Positions 45,406 to 58,873 of a stretch of DNA of 64,000 nucleotides are shown piece by piece. Made by a program: the position numbers and the translations under genes. Every line of letters begins with the position of its first letter. Within the stretch, counting starts at the first letter, position 1. The stretch is taken from the NCBI RefSeq assembly GCF_011745625.1, contig NW_027191468.1:496001-560000 (forward strand). Reading direction: 5' to 3'. The stretch comes from Cladosporium halotolerans (taxonomy: Eukaryota). Under the pieces are notes generated by a model. It had not been told where the DNA came from and ran no database searches. It was given only the letters and a program-made list of their open reading frames with translations.

Positions 45406-46880
45406 GGTCGGGTTACTGGAGGCGCTGCTCCCTGCTTATGACTGCGGCGCTTGTTGAGCAAGAACCGTGACTGGCTCCACCATAAGTGCTTTTGATGTTT
45501 ATGTTCTATGATTTTTGGTACCGCTCAGACGCGGATGATGCTCTCCTGGATCTTCGAATGTACAGATTTTTCCAGCGTGTTCGTACTTTCCTCCTTGCTC
45601 TTAACACTGTAGATTCTGAGCATCGAAAGGGACGCCGGCCTTCTTCCTTGGGCATCCCGCGCACTATCGGGAGCAAGCTCCATGCATATTTCTACTCGTC
45701 AAAGTCGAGCGCCACCTCAACTGCCACCTTGTGTCTGTTGATGAGGCAATTTCCCCGAAACGTAGGCCGAACAATGTGCTTTGCGGGGAATTTTACTCGG
45801 GGGCGCGCATTTGAGCTTGAGACCAGCACGCGCTCTGGCTGGAGCTTTTTTCTTTGGTTGTCAAAAAGCGCGTATTTAGGGTGTCGATGGCGACTGCAGC
45901 GTCGCGCGTCGAAGTCGGGGGAGGAGAGTAAGTTACTATTCGGTGGGGAGCGGTGCGGTTGTCAGGTTTCTACGCGTCAGTTTGATCGCATCTTAAGAGA
46001 GACGTGGAGCTGTCTTCTCTTGACCGTAACACGAAGGGGCGGCTATTCCGATTTAAGACGTGAAGAAATTTGAGTAGACGAGATGGATCATGCAAGTGTG
46101 TTAGGACGGAGGGTTTGTCGCATCACCTACGCTGAAATGCCTACGAATGACACGGCACATGCGGCAACGGCGAGGAGCTCGCTGATCACACGGCCGCGTT
46201 CCGTCTCATGGAGTATGCCCAGGTTGTACAATTCGTCTTCTCCACTCTGTCATAGAACCCGTGCATGCATTTCGTCTAATATGGCCGTGGAAGGGTGTGG
46301 CGGATATCGGCTCGCTTGGTGTCCTGCGTCGTACGTGGCGGGGACGGGTGGGGAAACGACGAGTCTTGTGATGACGATGCTGTAGGAAGCTGTCAAAAGC
46401 GCCGTGCTTGCTTCTCTGCAGATAGAGGCAGATGGCAGCTGCGCGCCATTGCTGGTTTCTCTTGATACAGCGGAGGAGGTGAGGTGAGGTCGACGACGGA
46501 CGCTTGCCGAATGGGGAGGCTGTGGGTGGAGAGAAAAGCCGGGACGAGTCTTGCGGGCGCCCGTTTGCCATCGGCCGCCGCCGCCGCGCACCTGATCAGA
46601 CATCAGCGACAGAACGCCGCCATCTGTGTGCAGGAGCATCAAGCGAGACGGCACCATTATCTTCGACGCTTGTGGCCACAGCCCTTCACGAAAGTCGAAG
46701 ATTTGCCTCCGCCAAGCGCTCGGACCTCACCATCCAAACCGCCGCCGCGGCTTAGCCACATCGGCCGCATCGATCGCCCCATATCGCACCCCTCACTTCC
46801 CAAACCTCAATGGCGATAGCGGTATAGCTGGAATACATGGTGCTACTTGAAGGATTCCGAAAGTCTGGAAGGATATCAGA

Positions 46881-49800
46881 ATGGCTGCGGTAGCCAGTAT
46901 TACATCCGACGCCGCCTCAGCGGTCGAGACGGCAGCGATCGATGCCCGCCCGGCCAAACACTTGCGCATTGACGAAGACGAATCCAGTCTGTCGTCGACG
47001 GGCAGCGACCTTTTCGATCAAAATAAGCCCGCATCCAAAAGTCAACATGCGTCCTGGGAGGTTGATGCGGACGGCGAATGGAGGCGATATAGCTCCCTCG
47101 AATCCGCCACCAGCACCGCTATTTCTTCGATGTGCTCCTCAACCGTTGCAGAAGACTCTCAAAAGGAACAAATCATCGTTCCGTCGCCTTCGAGAAAGCG
47201 CATGTCGAACGGCACAGTCAAGCAGCCATCAATCCGTCTAAATTCGAGGGTCAGTGATCTAGCGTTGACACTCCCGAGCACGAAGAAGGAGCCCAATGCT
47301 CTGGAACAATCTCCCCATACAGCGCCACCAAAGCGCCGTGGGCGACCTCCCAAGGACAAGACAGTGGCTCCCAGTTATATCCCGAGGGTGCGTCGCGCGT
47401 CTATGATCTCGAAGCTGCAAGACGTTGTGAAGCCACGGTCGTCGATACCTTATACGCTTCCGGTCACCGTCTTCGCTAGTCAATGCATCGAAGCCGCTCA
47501 TGCATCGCGCCTCGATCCTTACTCTCTGCACATCGGCGAGAACAACCTGCTTATGGACACGATCACCTCTTCTGAAGCAACAGTCTACCTCAATATCCGA
47601 AATGCTATTCTTCGCCTATGGGTTCGCAATCCCCGCTGTAGCATATCCGTGGAAGAGGCTGCTGGCTGCGCAAAAGAAGCACGATATTTTGGTCTTGCAG
47701 AAGTGGCATACAAGTGGTTGATCAGGAGTGGATACATCAACTTTGGCTGCGTGGATGTGCCCCGTGATCCTGGCGCTGCTATTCACGCAAAGAAACTCAA
47801 CAAGCAGAAGGCAGTCGTTGTGGTCGGTGCCGGTGTCTCAGGCCTTACGACAGCTCGGCAGCTCGAAGGTCTCTTCGCACAAAATTCGGACTACTGGCTC
47901 GAAAAGGGCGAGAGACCGCCTAGGGTGGTCGTCATCGAAGGCCGCAAGAGGATCGGAGGACGTGTATACTCCAAGCCACTCAGAAGCCAAGTGAAAGACA
48001 GCCTACCCAACGATCTACGGAACACAGCAGAAATGGGCGCCATGATCGTCACCGGCTTCGATCACGGCAACCCACTCGACACAATAATACGCGGTCAACT
48101 GGGACTGCGTTATCACATGATGACCGATGCTTTGACCATTTATGACACGAACGGGAAGGCGGTGAAAGAGCGCAGGGACATGTTAAACACAGATTTATAC
48201 ACGGATATTACAGATCGAGTGGGCGATTTCAGGGCTGTGGCGCACCGTCAGGAGACCTTGAAAGGTGACGAAGAGCTCATCAACCGCTGCCGAGATCCCC
48301 TTCCCAAAGGAACCGATGCTTTCCAACTGGAGCCGATGCCCTCAGTAATCGAAGCGAAACGCAAAGCTATCATGAAGAGAGGGAGAAGAAGGAACGCGCC
48401 TCCTGGGACGGAGAAGTTGACCGGCAGAAGTCAGGTCGCCGAAAACAGCAGTGGGACCGTAAGAGCAGCTCGCGCGGCAAACGACATGGGCTGGAAAGTC
48501 CGCGATGGCGTCTCAAAGAACCACACGCTCTCGCTCCGGTCGACGGCGGAAGCCTCCAAGTACCCGACGTTAGGTGCGGTCATGGACGAGGCAATCTCAC
48601 AGTACCAGGGCTTGCTCGACATGACTGCTCAGGACATGCGCCTCCTCAACTGGCACCATGCAAATCTCGAATACGCAAACGCTGCACCCGTGCCTTGGCT
48701 CAGTCTCAGCGGACACGATCAAGACACCGGAAACGAGTTTGAGGGTGCGCACTCGGAGATTGTTGGTGGTTACACTCAGCTGCCTCGAGGTCTGATGAAC
48801 TTGCCGACCAAGCTCGACGTACGGTTTGGCCGAGTAGTAGAGAGCATTCACTACGATGCAAGTGAAGATGCCGACAGTGATCTGGTGACCAAGATCGTCT
48901 GCACGGATGGCGAAGTCATTGAGGCGGATGAAGTAGTGCTTACTACGCCGCTTGGCGTGCTCAAGTCCGATGCGATCGATTTTGATCCTCCTTTGCCGGG
49001 TTGGAAGCAAGGAGCAATCGAGCGGATGGGCTTCGGACTGCTCAACAAGGTAAGTAGCAGGGATTTATGCTGCGCTCATTTTGATCTTGCTGACTTGCAA
49101 CCAGGTCATCCTCCTCTACGACGAACCGTTCTGGGACGACAGCCGTGACATGTTTGGTTTGCTGAACGAAGCGGAACGCGCCAACAGCCTCAACCCAAAG
49201 CACTACGAGCAGGGCAGAGGACGATTTTACCTGATCTGGAACGCCACCAAGACTAGCGGCAGACCAATGCTCATTGCACTCATGGCAGGGTTTGCAGCAT
49301 ATCAGGCGGAAACGACGGATACCAATACGCTTATGAATGAGGTCACGGAAAGACTTCGGCGGGTCTTCTCCCCCAGCGTTCCTACACCTCGAGAGGTGAT
49401 TGTCACACGATGGAAGCAAGATCAGTTCACAAAAGGAACATACTCATACGTGGGTCCTCGCACGAGACCGCAGGACTATGACACCATGGCCAGATCGGTC
49501 GGCAATCTGCACTTTGCGGGTGAGGCCACCTGTGGCACACATCCGGCTACGGTGCACGGTGCTTTCCTCTCTGGACTTCGCGTGGCAGCAGATGTCATGG
49601 ATGCGATGGCCGGTCCGATCAATCTGCCGACGCCTCTCGTGGGCTCAGCAGCTGTCACCAAACGCGAGAGCACATCGACGTATGCTACGCCTCTCGCTCC
49701 TGCCGTGTCGCGTCACACACCGATGGTCTCCACCTCACGAACAGCAAGCTTGTCAACCGCACCCACGGAGCCAGCAATCAAACAAGACCCCGACACCATT

Positions 49801-50361
49801 ACCGTTGCCAACCCCTCAACCGTGCCCCGCAACTCCGTTTGCTCCACGGACCCCTCTTTCTGGGCCAGCACGGCCACCACCTCCGCTTCCAGCAGCCTCG
49901 ACTACGAAGCCGCCCTCGTCGGCTCCCTGCTGTCGCAGATCGGCGAGCGCCCGCCCAAACCGCTCCGCGCCGGCGTCAACCCTTTCCTCCTCTTCACCAA
50001 GGCCAAATGGGACGAGTGCCGCGAGCACTGCGCGCAAGACCCCGCCCTCGCCAACGCTCGCAACGCCATCCGCTCGACGCTCGGACTCTGGTGGAAGGCG
50101 CTGCCGGAGGCGGACAAGCAGCCTTACTTGCTGCAGAGCCAGCAGGCGCAGGAGGCGGCGGACGAGGCGCGGAAGGAGTGGGAGGCGAGTGTTGCGAAGT
50201 GGGATGCCGAGGCGAAGAGGATCAGGGAGGAGTTTGTCAGGGAGAACCCGCCGCCTGCTGATGTTGGTGCTGGCGCTGGGGGTTTGGGTGGGTTTGGAGG
50301 CGAGGGTGGGAGGAGGAAGACTAATGTCAGTAGTTCTATTGCGCTGGATTTGCCGATGTGA
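46881..50361 (+). CDS. AOF2: LSD1-type flavin-dependent histone demethylase (AT-hook, SWIRM, amine oxidase, HMG box); intron 49050-49104
   Basis: KRRGRPPK, SWIRM YLNIRNAILRLW...GYINFG, FAD motif VVGAGVSGL, RIGGRVYS, LHFAGEAT...ATVHGAFLSGLR, and HMG-like NPFLLFTK...WWKALPEADKQPY. Confidence 0.92.
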
Positions 50362-51588
50362 TGGGGCGGAAGAGAGGGATGAGGGGGTGTCTTGCTTTGC
50401 TTTGCTTTTGCTTGCTCTGTCTGGGGTTTCTGGGTTTGCTTCATTTATGGTGTCAATTCTTATTGCTGTCGAGACGATTTGGAGGGGTTTCTGGAAGGAT
50501 GGCAGATCTGGTGGCTCGCTTTTGCTATTTGATACCTCAGTCGGCGCAGATTAGCTGTTGTGGCTGCTGGGCGATTCCATCACACCGGATACATGTTGGC
50601 ACTTTTAGGCACTGCTTTCCGAATGCAGGAATGTGAGTTTTGGCTTTTAAGCTTCCTATCGTCCTTGTCCGCTCCAGATATGGTAGGCTGAGAGCGCTTG
50701 CTTCTCGGCAAGCGAGCTTGACTCCGCGGACGAATCCTTGCAACTATCACTGAAAACTCACATCCTCAGCGACGAACTCAGACATCACAGCGGACCGAGA
50801 GCAGAGGAACAGCAGCAATCCCTCGCCGGTCTAAAGCTCACAATCGGCTCTTACCGCCGAACATTACCGGATGCCCTAAGGTATCACCGAAGGCCACTTC
50901 TCCGATGCCGACTGAGATGCACGGCGGTATGTCGATGCATGCACGCAAAGCCAAGTACCTTACCCACGCAATCTTAGCCACATTTTCACACGATATCTAC
51001 AGCCTCCTACTCGCCCGACTCGCGCGCAGCTCCCCGGAGCCCGGCTAGCTGCTTTCTCCACCAACGACGGTATTAATCAGCGGGTCATCGACTACTGCTG
51101 AAGCCCTCGCGCAGTGGCTGCCTCCAAGCGCCGAACTCTTGTCATCCTTCCTGCTTGGCTGATGACGGCGTGCGTGTGTATGTGTGCGCGAATGCAACGC
51201 TGGGGTCGCATGCTGTGGCTGGGGTCACTCGCTCGCATCGCGCGGTACGGCGCATGGGAGGCATGCAGGGCGTCGGGCGGCGAGCTGCTCGAGTCAGTGC
51301 GAGTTGGCGATGGCGTCAGGGGATGCGGTGGGGAAGCGATGGGTGCCACGGGTGCTGGACGCAGGTGCATGGAGACCGATGGGAGCTCTGTGGGAAGCGC
51401 GGCGGTGGGAAGGTGTTATTTCGCTATCGATACGAGATATACACGGGTACACAGCCTCGAATCCCTCCGAGAGCGCCAGAGGGATGATGTCAGCGGATAT
51501 GGAGCAGAGCGGAGGCGAGGTGGAGATGCCAGTCGCTCTCTTCCGGGCGGGTGGTGATGGCTCTGCAGCAGCTGGCTGTGCGGGCACG

Positions 51589-51626
51589 GCTTCTCGTGCA
51601 TGTTCTGCTTCTCGTGCATGTTCTGC
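51589..51626 (+). repeat. Perfect 18-bp tandem duplication (GCTTCTCGTGCATGTTCT)2
   Basis: Seen directly, upstream of creB. Confidence 0.8.
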
Positions 51627-51913
51627 GGTGGGGTGGGCAGACTTCTAGAAGAGCGTGGACGGCGACGGCGGGCGCGGGTGGCCTCAGATCGTCGAAACTC
51701 GCCGTTTCCGCAGGTCTCGTGCGTGCTGGGGCGCTGGGCCTGCTGGCACTGGCACGCCGGGTGGGCGCCTGGGGCACCTCGGGCACGTGGCGCTCGCTCA
51801 TATACCCGGCGCGAGCGCGCCCGAATCTCCGTCCGTGGGCGATCGGCGGCTGTCAGCGAGCAGAAGAGTTCGCCCGGCTCGCCCTCCCACGCGAGCCACG
51901 CGCCTGTTCCGTA

Positions 51914-51961
51914 GTGCCTGAGTGCCTGTCTGCCTGCGTGCCTTGGTGCCTTGGTGCCTCG
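51914..51961. promoter_or_regulatory. Six TGCCT (AGGCA) cores at 8-bp spacing upstream of creB
   Basis: gtgcctga gtgcctgt ctgcctgc gtgccttg gtgccttg gtgcctcg. The repeat is certain; a regulatory role is inferred. Confidence 0.5.
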
Positions 51962-52714
51962 TGGTGAGCGAGGGAAAGAGCGTGGTTGTGTAAGTGAATG
52001 GAATATCTATTGAGGATTCATACCGACACTCATGTTCATCGACCACCACCAAAAATCACACCAGCGACAGACAACAGCATCTAGACATCCTTCTCCGCCT
52101 CCCGTCCAGCGCCACCGTCTCCGCCTTCCAACGCCGCCGTGGCCTGGCGCGCTCGCCGACGGGCCAACTGCGCGCCAGTGCCCCTCTCCACGGACCCCTT
52201 CTGCGCCTAGCGAGCCCAGAGTCCCGCCCTCTCCACACCCGGCCGCCGCGAGCTGCGGCGCATCCCATCCCGCTGCCCTCGCTGTGCGCCCGCCTAATAC
52301 CCATCCCATCCACCTGCCAGTGCTGCCCTTCCCTGCCCGCCTTTGCTGAATCCCACCGCCGCACTCGCCTTCGTCGCGCCGCCGCGCCTAGAACCACGCT
52401 CGCTCGCTCGCTCGCCCACCCCGTCGCCTGCAGTGCCTGCGTCTTGGCCGACAGCGCTGCTCGCCTTGCCTTCTCTTCACCCTCACATCTCCTCGGCGAT
52501 CTGAACTCTAACTGCTGCCCTCCGCAAAAAGGCGCCCCGCCGCGTCCAGAACCACCGCTCTCTTTCTGGCCCACATCACTGCCTCTGCGGCTTCGTATAC
52601 CGTCTTCGACCAGCAAGAGAGGAACACCGGCACTGGAGCGGGAGCAAAGCTTGTCACGAGCGCGCGCGAGGCGCATTGGAGGCCCGGACGAGCTAAGAGG
52701 AGGATCTCATAATT

Positions 52715-55168
52715 ATGTCGTTCTTTGGGAAGTTCAAGCCTAGTTCCGTGAGTCTCCTCCTGCCCGCCATCTCGTCGAGTGCATTTCCGAGAGCACGAGC
52801 CTCTGCAATGCGACAATTCGTCCTCGAACACGCCTGTCGCCTGGACTAACACCTGCTCGCGCGCCCACAGACACCTAGCAACCCCAATGTATCACCACCA
52901 GCAAAGAAGGACCCGAATGCGCCCCAGCCGACGCCTTTGGAAAAGCTCTTGGCGCCAGACTCACTTGAGCCGGTTCGCGCGGATGGAAGCGACAAATACT
53001 TCGGTTTCGAGAACGTACGTGATCCTCAAAGCTTCAATTCAATTGACTTCAGCTGACCTTTTTTCAACAGTACGGTTCAACATGGTTCGTGGATATTGCT
53101 TCTCGCGCCACAACTCAACACTCCCACTGACTCCATCCGCAGCTATTGTAATTCGATCGTCACGGCACTCTACTACTCAGAAGCCTTCCGCGATCACGTA
53201 ATCAACTTTCCCTCAAAAGCCTTCCTTGACAGCATCAGCGATGAGCTCGAGAAGTCAGCCGCCAATGGCGGTCTTACAGGTCACAAGAACACAAGCACAA
53301 CACCATACCCCAACCCCATGTCGCCTGCGAGGAAGGTGGCACAGCCCACGTCGCCGGGCCCAAATACACCAGTAAAACCCGAAGAAAGCAAAGACTCGCC
53401 GGAGTACAAGAAGAGAATGGCCATACAGAACGGGCCTGTGTTGGACATGACATACGATAACTCGAAGAAGTACGGCATGGACGAGTCGCTGTTCACATCC
53501 TTGAAGGATATCTTCGAGGCGGTGATTGAGCAAAAGTCGCGGATAGGCGTGGTCAGCCCGCACAAGTTCCTGGAGATCTTGCGAAGGGAGAACGAAATGT
53601 TCCGGACTGCGATGCACCAAGACGCCCACGAATTCTTGAACTTGCTCCTCAACCAGGTCGTTGACAACGTCGAGATGTTCTCCAGTCAGCACGCTGCGAT
53701 TGTATTGCAAGCACAAGCGAATGGAGGAGCACCGGAGAAGGCCTTGTCCAAGACCACGACGAACGGCGTCAACGGAGTACACACCCCATCCAACGGACTT
53801 GACACGCGATGGGTGCATGATTTGTTCGAGGGTACACTCACTTCGGAAACGAGATGCTTGACATGCGAGAACACCTCGCAGCGAGACGAAGCTTTCCTGG
53901 ATCTCTCAGTCGACCTTAGCGCGCATACTTCGGTTACGTCTTGTTTGAGGAAGTTTTCAGAAGAGGAAATGCTTTGCGAGCGCAACAAATTCCACTGCGA
54001 CAACTGCGGTGGTCTACAGGAAGCAGAGAAGCGCATGAAGATCAAGCGTTTGCCTCGCATTTTGGCTTTGCATTTGAAGCGGTTCAAGTACACGGAGGAC
54101 CTACAGCGCTTACAGAAGCTGTTCCACCGGGTCGTGTACCCTTTTTACCTGCGCTTGTTCAACACCACCGAGGACGCCGACGACTCGGATCGATTATACG
54201 AGCTCTACGCTGTCGTCGTCCACATCGGAGGCGGCCCATACCACGGCCACTACGTCAGCATCATCAAGACGCAAGACCGTGGCTGGTTGCTCTTCGACGA
54301 CGAGCTGGTCGAGCCCGTCGACAAAAACTACGTCTTGAACTTCTTCGGCGGCGAACCCCAGCCCGGCGTCCAGGACGCCAAGCAGCTCGCCTGCGCCTAC
54401 GTCTTGTTCTACCAGGAAACCACCATGGAGGCCATGCTCAAAGAGCAAGAAGCAGAAGGCAACCAGCAGAACAAACCGCGCACCTCAGACGCCGGCACCA
54501 CCCCAATGGATCCTTCAACCTTCTCCCCACCGAACCTCTCCCACCTCCACCACACCCAGACCGTCACCGACCCGCCCCACGAACTCCTCGACCACATGAA
54601 ACCCCTCGCCCACGCCGCCACCGCCCCCGTCGCCCCGGACCACCACCACGCCCACTCCCAAAGCGCCCCGGCCATGCCCTCCGTCGCCAACCTCAACGTC
54701 CCCAAGTCCAAAAAGGAACTCAAGGCCGAAGAGAAAGAACGCAAGGCCGCGCAGAAGGCCGAAGAGAAGGCCCTCGCCGCCCAGCGGAAAGAGTCCGCCA
54801 ACAAGCGCATGGAGGCTTGGCGCAAGCAGGAGGCGGAGATGGCCCAGATCATGGAGCTTTCCAAACAGAGCGCCGCCGAGGAGGCGCGGAAGCGAGGCGA
54901 GGAGCCCGCTGCTGAGAAGAGCGGCGGCGGCGGTTTGTCGCGCTTCGCGAGGCACGGCAGCATGAGTCTCAAGGGGAAGCCGAAGATTTTCGGCGGCGGC
55001 AAGGATAGGGACAGCAGTGCTGGTTTGCCTGCTGTGCCGCAGGGCGCGGCGCCGGCGGACACGGCGCCGGCGGAGACGCCGATGAGTCCCGGCGGCGCTG
55101 GTGGGGAGGAGAAGGCGAAGAAGAACAGGTTCAGTTTGGGGAGGAAGAAGAGCACGAGTTTGATGTGA
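52715..55168 (+). CDS. creB: Ubiquitin C-terminal hydrolase CreB (USP12/46 family); exons 52715-52747, 52871-53014, 53071-53084, 53143-55168
   Basis: Spliced Cys box [38 protein letters not shown], His box [28 protein letters not shown]. Confidence 0.93.
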
Positions 55169-55696
55169 GCTGCTGCGGCTCGGTTGGTGCAGGGGAAGGG
55201 GGAGGATCTCACGTTCTTCGACTTTTATTCACTTCTTTTGGCGTTGTATTACCCCCCAAAGTGTTCTTGTCTTCTGCAAAAAGTGTAGGTATGCATTGTG
55301 GAAAGCTGAGCTGGTGGGTGGATTCCAGGTTCCTCCAAAAGGCACGAGCATTTGGCACTTTGGCATGGACAGGCACGAAATCGAGCGATTGTTGGTTCAG
55401 TTTCGCAATATCTTTTTCAGTTGGAGCATGAACGGCGCTTTGGCTTTGCTTCTACCTACTTCTGGGATGTTGGGTCGCGCTTCGATTCGCACGATGGTGC
55501 TATGGCTGGCTTTGGTGGCCTTGGTTTGGCCTGCTTGTAAATAGCTTCGGAGCGAGTATTGAGATATCTGCCTTGCTGACTTTTGATCGTGGCACTCGTC
55601 GCTATTACTAGGTAAGTTACGATATTGCCTTTCAGGCTTGGGGGCAGATGTGTTGGGGTGAATAGTTTCAGTGGGAACTATCAATCCATGAACATC

Positions 55697-55771
55697 GGTC
55701 GATTAGCTCAGTTGGTTTAGAGCGTGGTGCTAATAACGCCAAGGTCGCGAGTTCGACCCTCGTATTGACCA
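55697..55771 (+). tRNA. tRNA-Ile(AAT), intronless
   Basis: Acceptor GGTCGAT/ATTGACC, D arm, anticodon stem TGGTG/CGCCA with CT-AAT-AA, T arm GCGAG-TTCGACC-CTCGT; T-rich terminator follows. Confidence 0.95.
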
Positions 55772-56601
55772 TTGATTTCTTTTGCCGATGTTGAACGTGA
55801 TTGCAATTTTTTGCGTTTTGGCCGAGGAGCTATCTGAGATGAGCATATACAGCACAAACCGACAGACCGTCATAACATGGTAAAAGTTGCACCGAACCGG
55901 TTTGTGGACGACTTCGTCTCGAGGTAAAACTTTAGTGAAGGCTTGCCAACGTCTCTCTGTGCATCTCCGGTCTTGAATAATCGCGAGATGTTGTGCTACC
56001 ACCGCCCTCGGACCCTTGTGCCATTAAATTGTTCGAAGAGAGGCACAGGCTGCACGCGTCTTGGTTGAACTCCACCTCGGCCTGCTCTGCCGATGACCTG
56101 CCATTTTGGGTACAGCGGTATCCGCTTCACTGCGGTGCGCCGGCGGAGATCGACGTAACTTGATCTCTTATCTGTTTCCGTGACCACGCTACCTGCCATC
56201 GGCCAGCGTAGCGTCGCAGTACTACTGTAACCTGGAAGCCTGTCGAAGCAGAGCTAAGCCTTGACAAGCATCTCGTTGTGCTGCAGGATCCACTTCGTCG
56301 GCGATGATTGGACTCGCCAACCGTATAAACAAGCTCCAACCAGGTGGATGCAAGGGACGCCGGCCGCCGTTCAAACACTCTATCTTATCCTGCCAGGACC
56401 GAGGCTACCTATGGCCGGTCGATAGTCATGCCAATGTGGTAAGCGATGGCCAATGCAGGTGCTACCATCTTCCGTTTTATGCTTCTTCGTAGAACCCTGC
56501 ACGACATTTCTACCTTCTGCAGGTGACCCATTCTTCCTGAACATCTTTCCAACCGTTGCTGGGCCCGCCATAACTATAACAGACCTAGGTAGAGCGACAC
56601 C

Positions 56602-58430
56602 ATGCGTCTCAGCATCCTCGCATTCACGAGCACCGTGTGTGCCTTCTCTCGCAACCCTGCCCATGTGAACAAACGCCATCTTCTCGAGCGTGCACGCCCT
56701 GCGACACACCTCGACACCCGCAGCCCTCCTCCTGCCTACGGTGGCAAGAACACCAGCACGATCATCCCACAGAACGCCAACACCACCAAGTTCGCCGTGG
56801 ACGGGTCTGCCATCCCCGACGTTAGCTTCGACATTGGTGAGAGCTATGCTGGTCTGCTTCCCATCTCCGACAAAGCCAACGCCTCCGAGCTCTACTTCTG
56901 GTTCGTCCCGTCTCCGAATGAGCTTGCTGGAGATGAAATCTTGATCTGGCTCAACGGCGGTCCTGGCTGCTCCAGTCTGGAGGGCTTCCTGCAGGAGAAC
57001 GGCCCGTTCCTTTGGCAGTATGGCACGTACTTGCCCGTCAAGAACAACTGGGCGTGGTCTAACTTGACCAATGTCGTCTGGGTGGAACAGCCTGCTGGCA
57101 CTGGTTTCAGCAGCGTCGGTGCCGATGGCGCCCCCAAGGACGAGATTGAGACTGCCGCGCAGTTCCTTGGTTTCTTTAAGAACTTCGTGGACACATTTGC
57201 ACTGTAAGTCGCGACAGCAAGCAGACAGTGGGGGTTTTGTACTGACTTTCCAGCCACGGCCGCAAGGTCTACATCGCGGGCGAGTCCTATGCTGGGTATT
57301 ACGTCCCTTACATCGCCGACGCCATGCACAACGCCTCCGACACCACCTACTACAACGTGGACTCGATCATGATCTACGACCCGTCCGTCTCGTACGACGT
57401 GATCACGAACGATATCCCGTCCGTGCCTTTCATCGATTACTGGAGCGGTCTCTTCAGCTTCAACGAGACTTTTGTCGACCACCTGCACGAGAAGTGGCAG
57501 TCTTGCGGTTACGCGGATTTCTACGAGCAGGCGCTCACTTTCCCGCCTGAGGGCCCGCTTCCTACTCCGCCGAACGTGCACGGCAACGATACTAGCTGCT
57601 CACTCTGGGTAGGTCTATTCGCTTTCGCTATCTGATGGATCGACTGGGGAGAAGTGATAGTATATCATACATCTGTTCTGAGCTAATCACCATCTTCTCA
57701 CAGAACGAAATCTACGAAGCCGCGATCCTTGTCAACCCCTGCTGGGATGTCTACCAAGTCGCGACCACCTGCCCGCTCCTCTGGGACGTACTCGGCTTCC
57801 CCGGCAGCATCGGCTACCTCCCGGAGGGCGCCAGCATCTACTTTAACCGCACCGAGGTCCAGCGCGCCATCAACGCTCCGCTGCAGGAGTGGGAAGAGTG
57901 CAGCAATGGTGTCCTCGACAACGATGACTCGCCGCCTTCCGGTCTAAGTGTCCTGCCCCGCGTCATCGAAAAGAACAACCGCACCGTCATCGGCCACGGC
58001 ATGCTTGATTTCATCCTGCTTGCCAACGGCACTCTCATGACCATCCAGAACATGACCTGGAACGGCGCGCAGGGCTTCTCCGAGTATCCCGGCGACGACT
58101 TCTTTGTTCCCTACCACGAGGAGCTCAACCTTGGTACGCTCGGCGGTGCTGGCAACTTCGGCAAGTACCGCACCGAGCGCGGATTGACTTACGTCGAGAT
58201 TGATCTTTCAGGGTAAGTTACATCATTCCCATCCTCTTCAACGCTCCCGTTTGCTGACTTTGCACAGACACATGGTTCCTCAGTACGCCCCGACCGCGGC
58301 TTATAGGCAGCTGGAGTTCTTGCTCGGCAGGATCGAGAGTCTGGGAGAGCGTTCGGATTTCACGACCCAGAAAGGCGACTTTGGCAACACGATTGGTGCT
58401 GGCAAGGGGAATGCCACGATGCGCTGGTAG
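56602..58430 (+). CDS. Secreted serine carboxypeptidase (S10, CpdS/PepF-like); introns 57204-57253, 57609-57703, 58213-58267
   Basis: Signal-peptide-like start, [19 protein letters not shown], catalytic GESYAG and spliced GHMVPQY. Confidence 0.94.
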
Positions 58431-58873
58431 ATTGTCCTGACAGCTCATGCTGTGGCTGTTCGGTTCGAAAGAGAATCGGGGATGTCGAAGATCTAGATGT
58501 ATGAACATGTGTATTGCCTTCCAAGACTTAATCGAAGGCTTGTGGTGTGCAGCTTGTGACTCTCCGAGTAACAGCTGTTCCTCGATCATGTAAACGCGAT
58601 GGTAGTAGGTTGTCTTGCTTATGCAACCTCGAGATACTTAACAAACAACGTCGTACACGGCAATCCCCTCCTTAACCCAAGGGCTCGAGTGTCATCACCC
58701 TGAACGTTGATCTGGAACAGCCACAGACTCTCCAATGATGGAGGATAGCGGAATTCTGTCGAAGGATCATCTTGGTTGCCATTGATTTGAAGACCTTCGC
58801 CTTTCTAAGGGTTGCAAGATCTGCCTCCGCGTCTATCAACGACCTTCATCTATCTAGCCGCCCCGCATCACAC

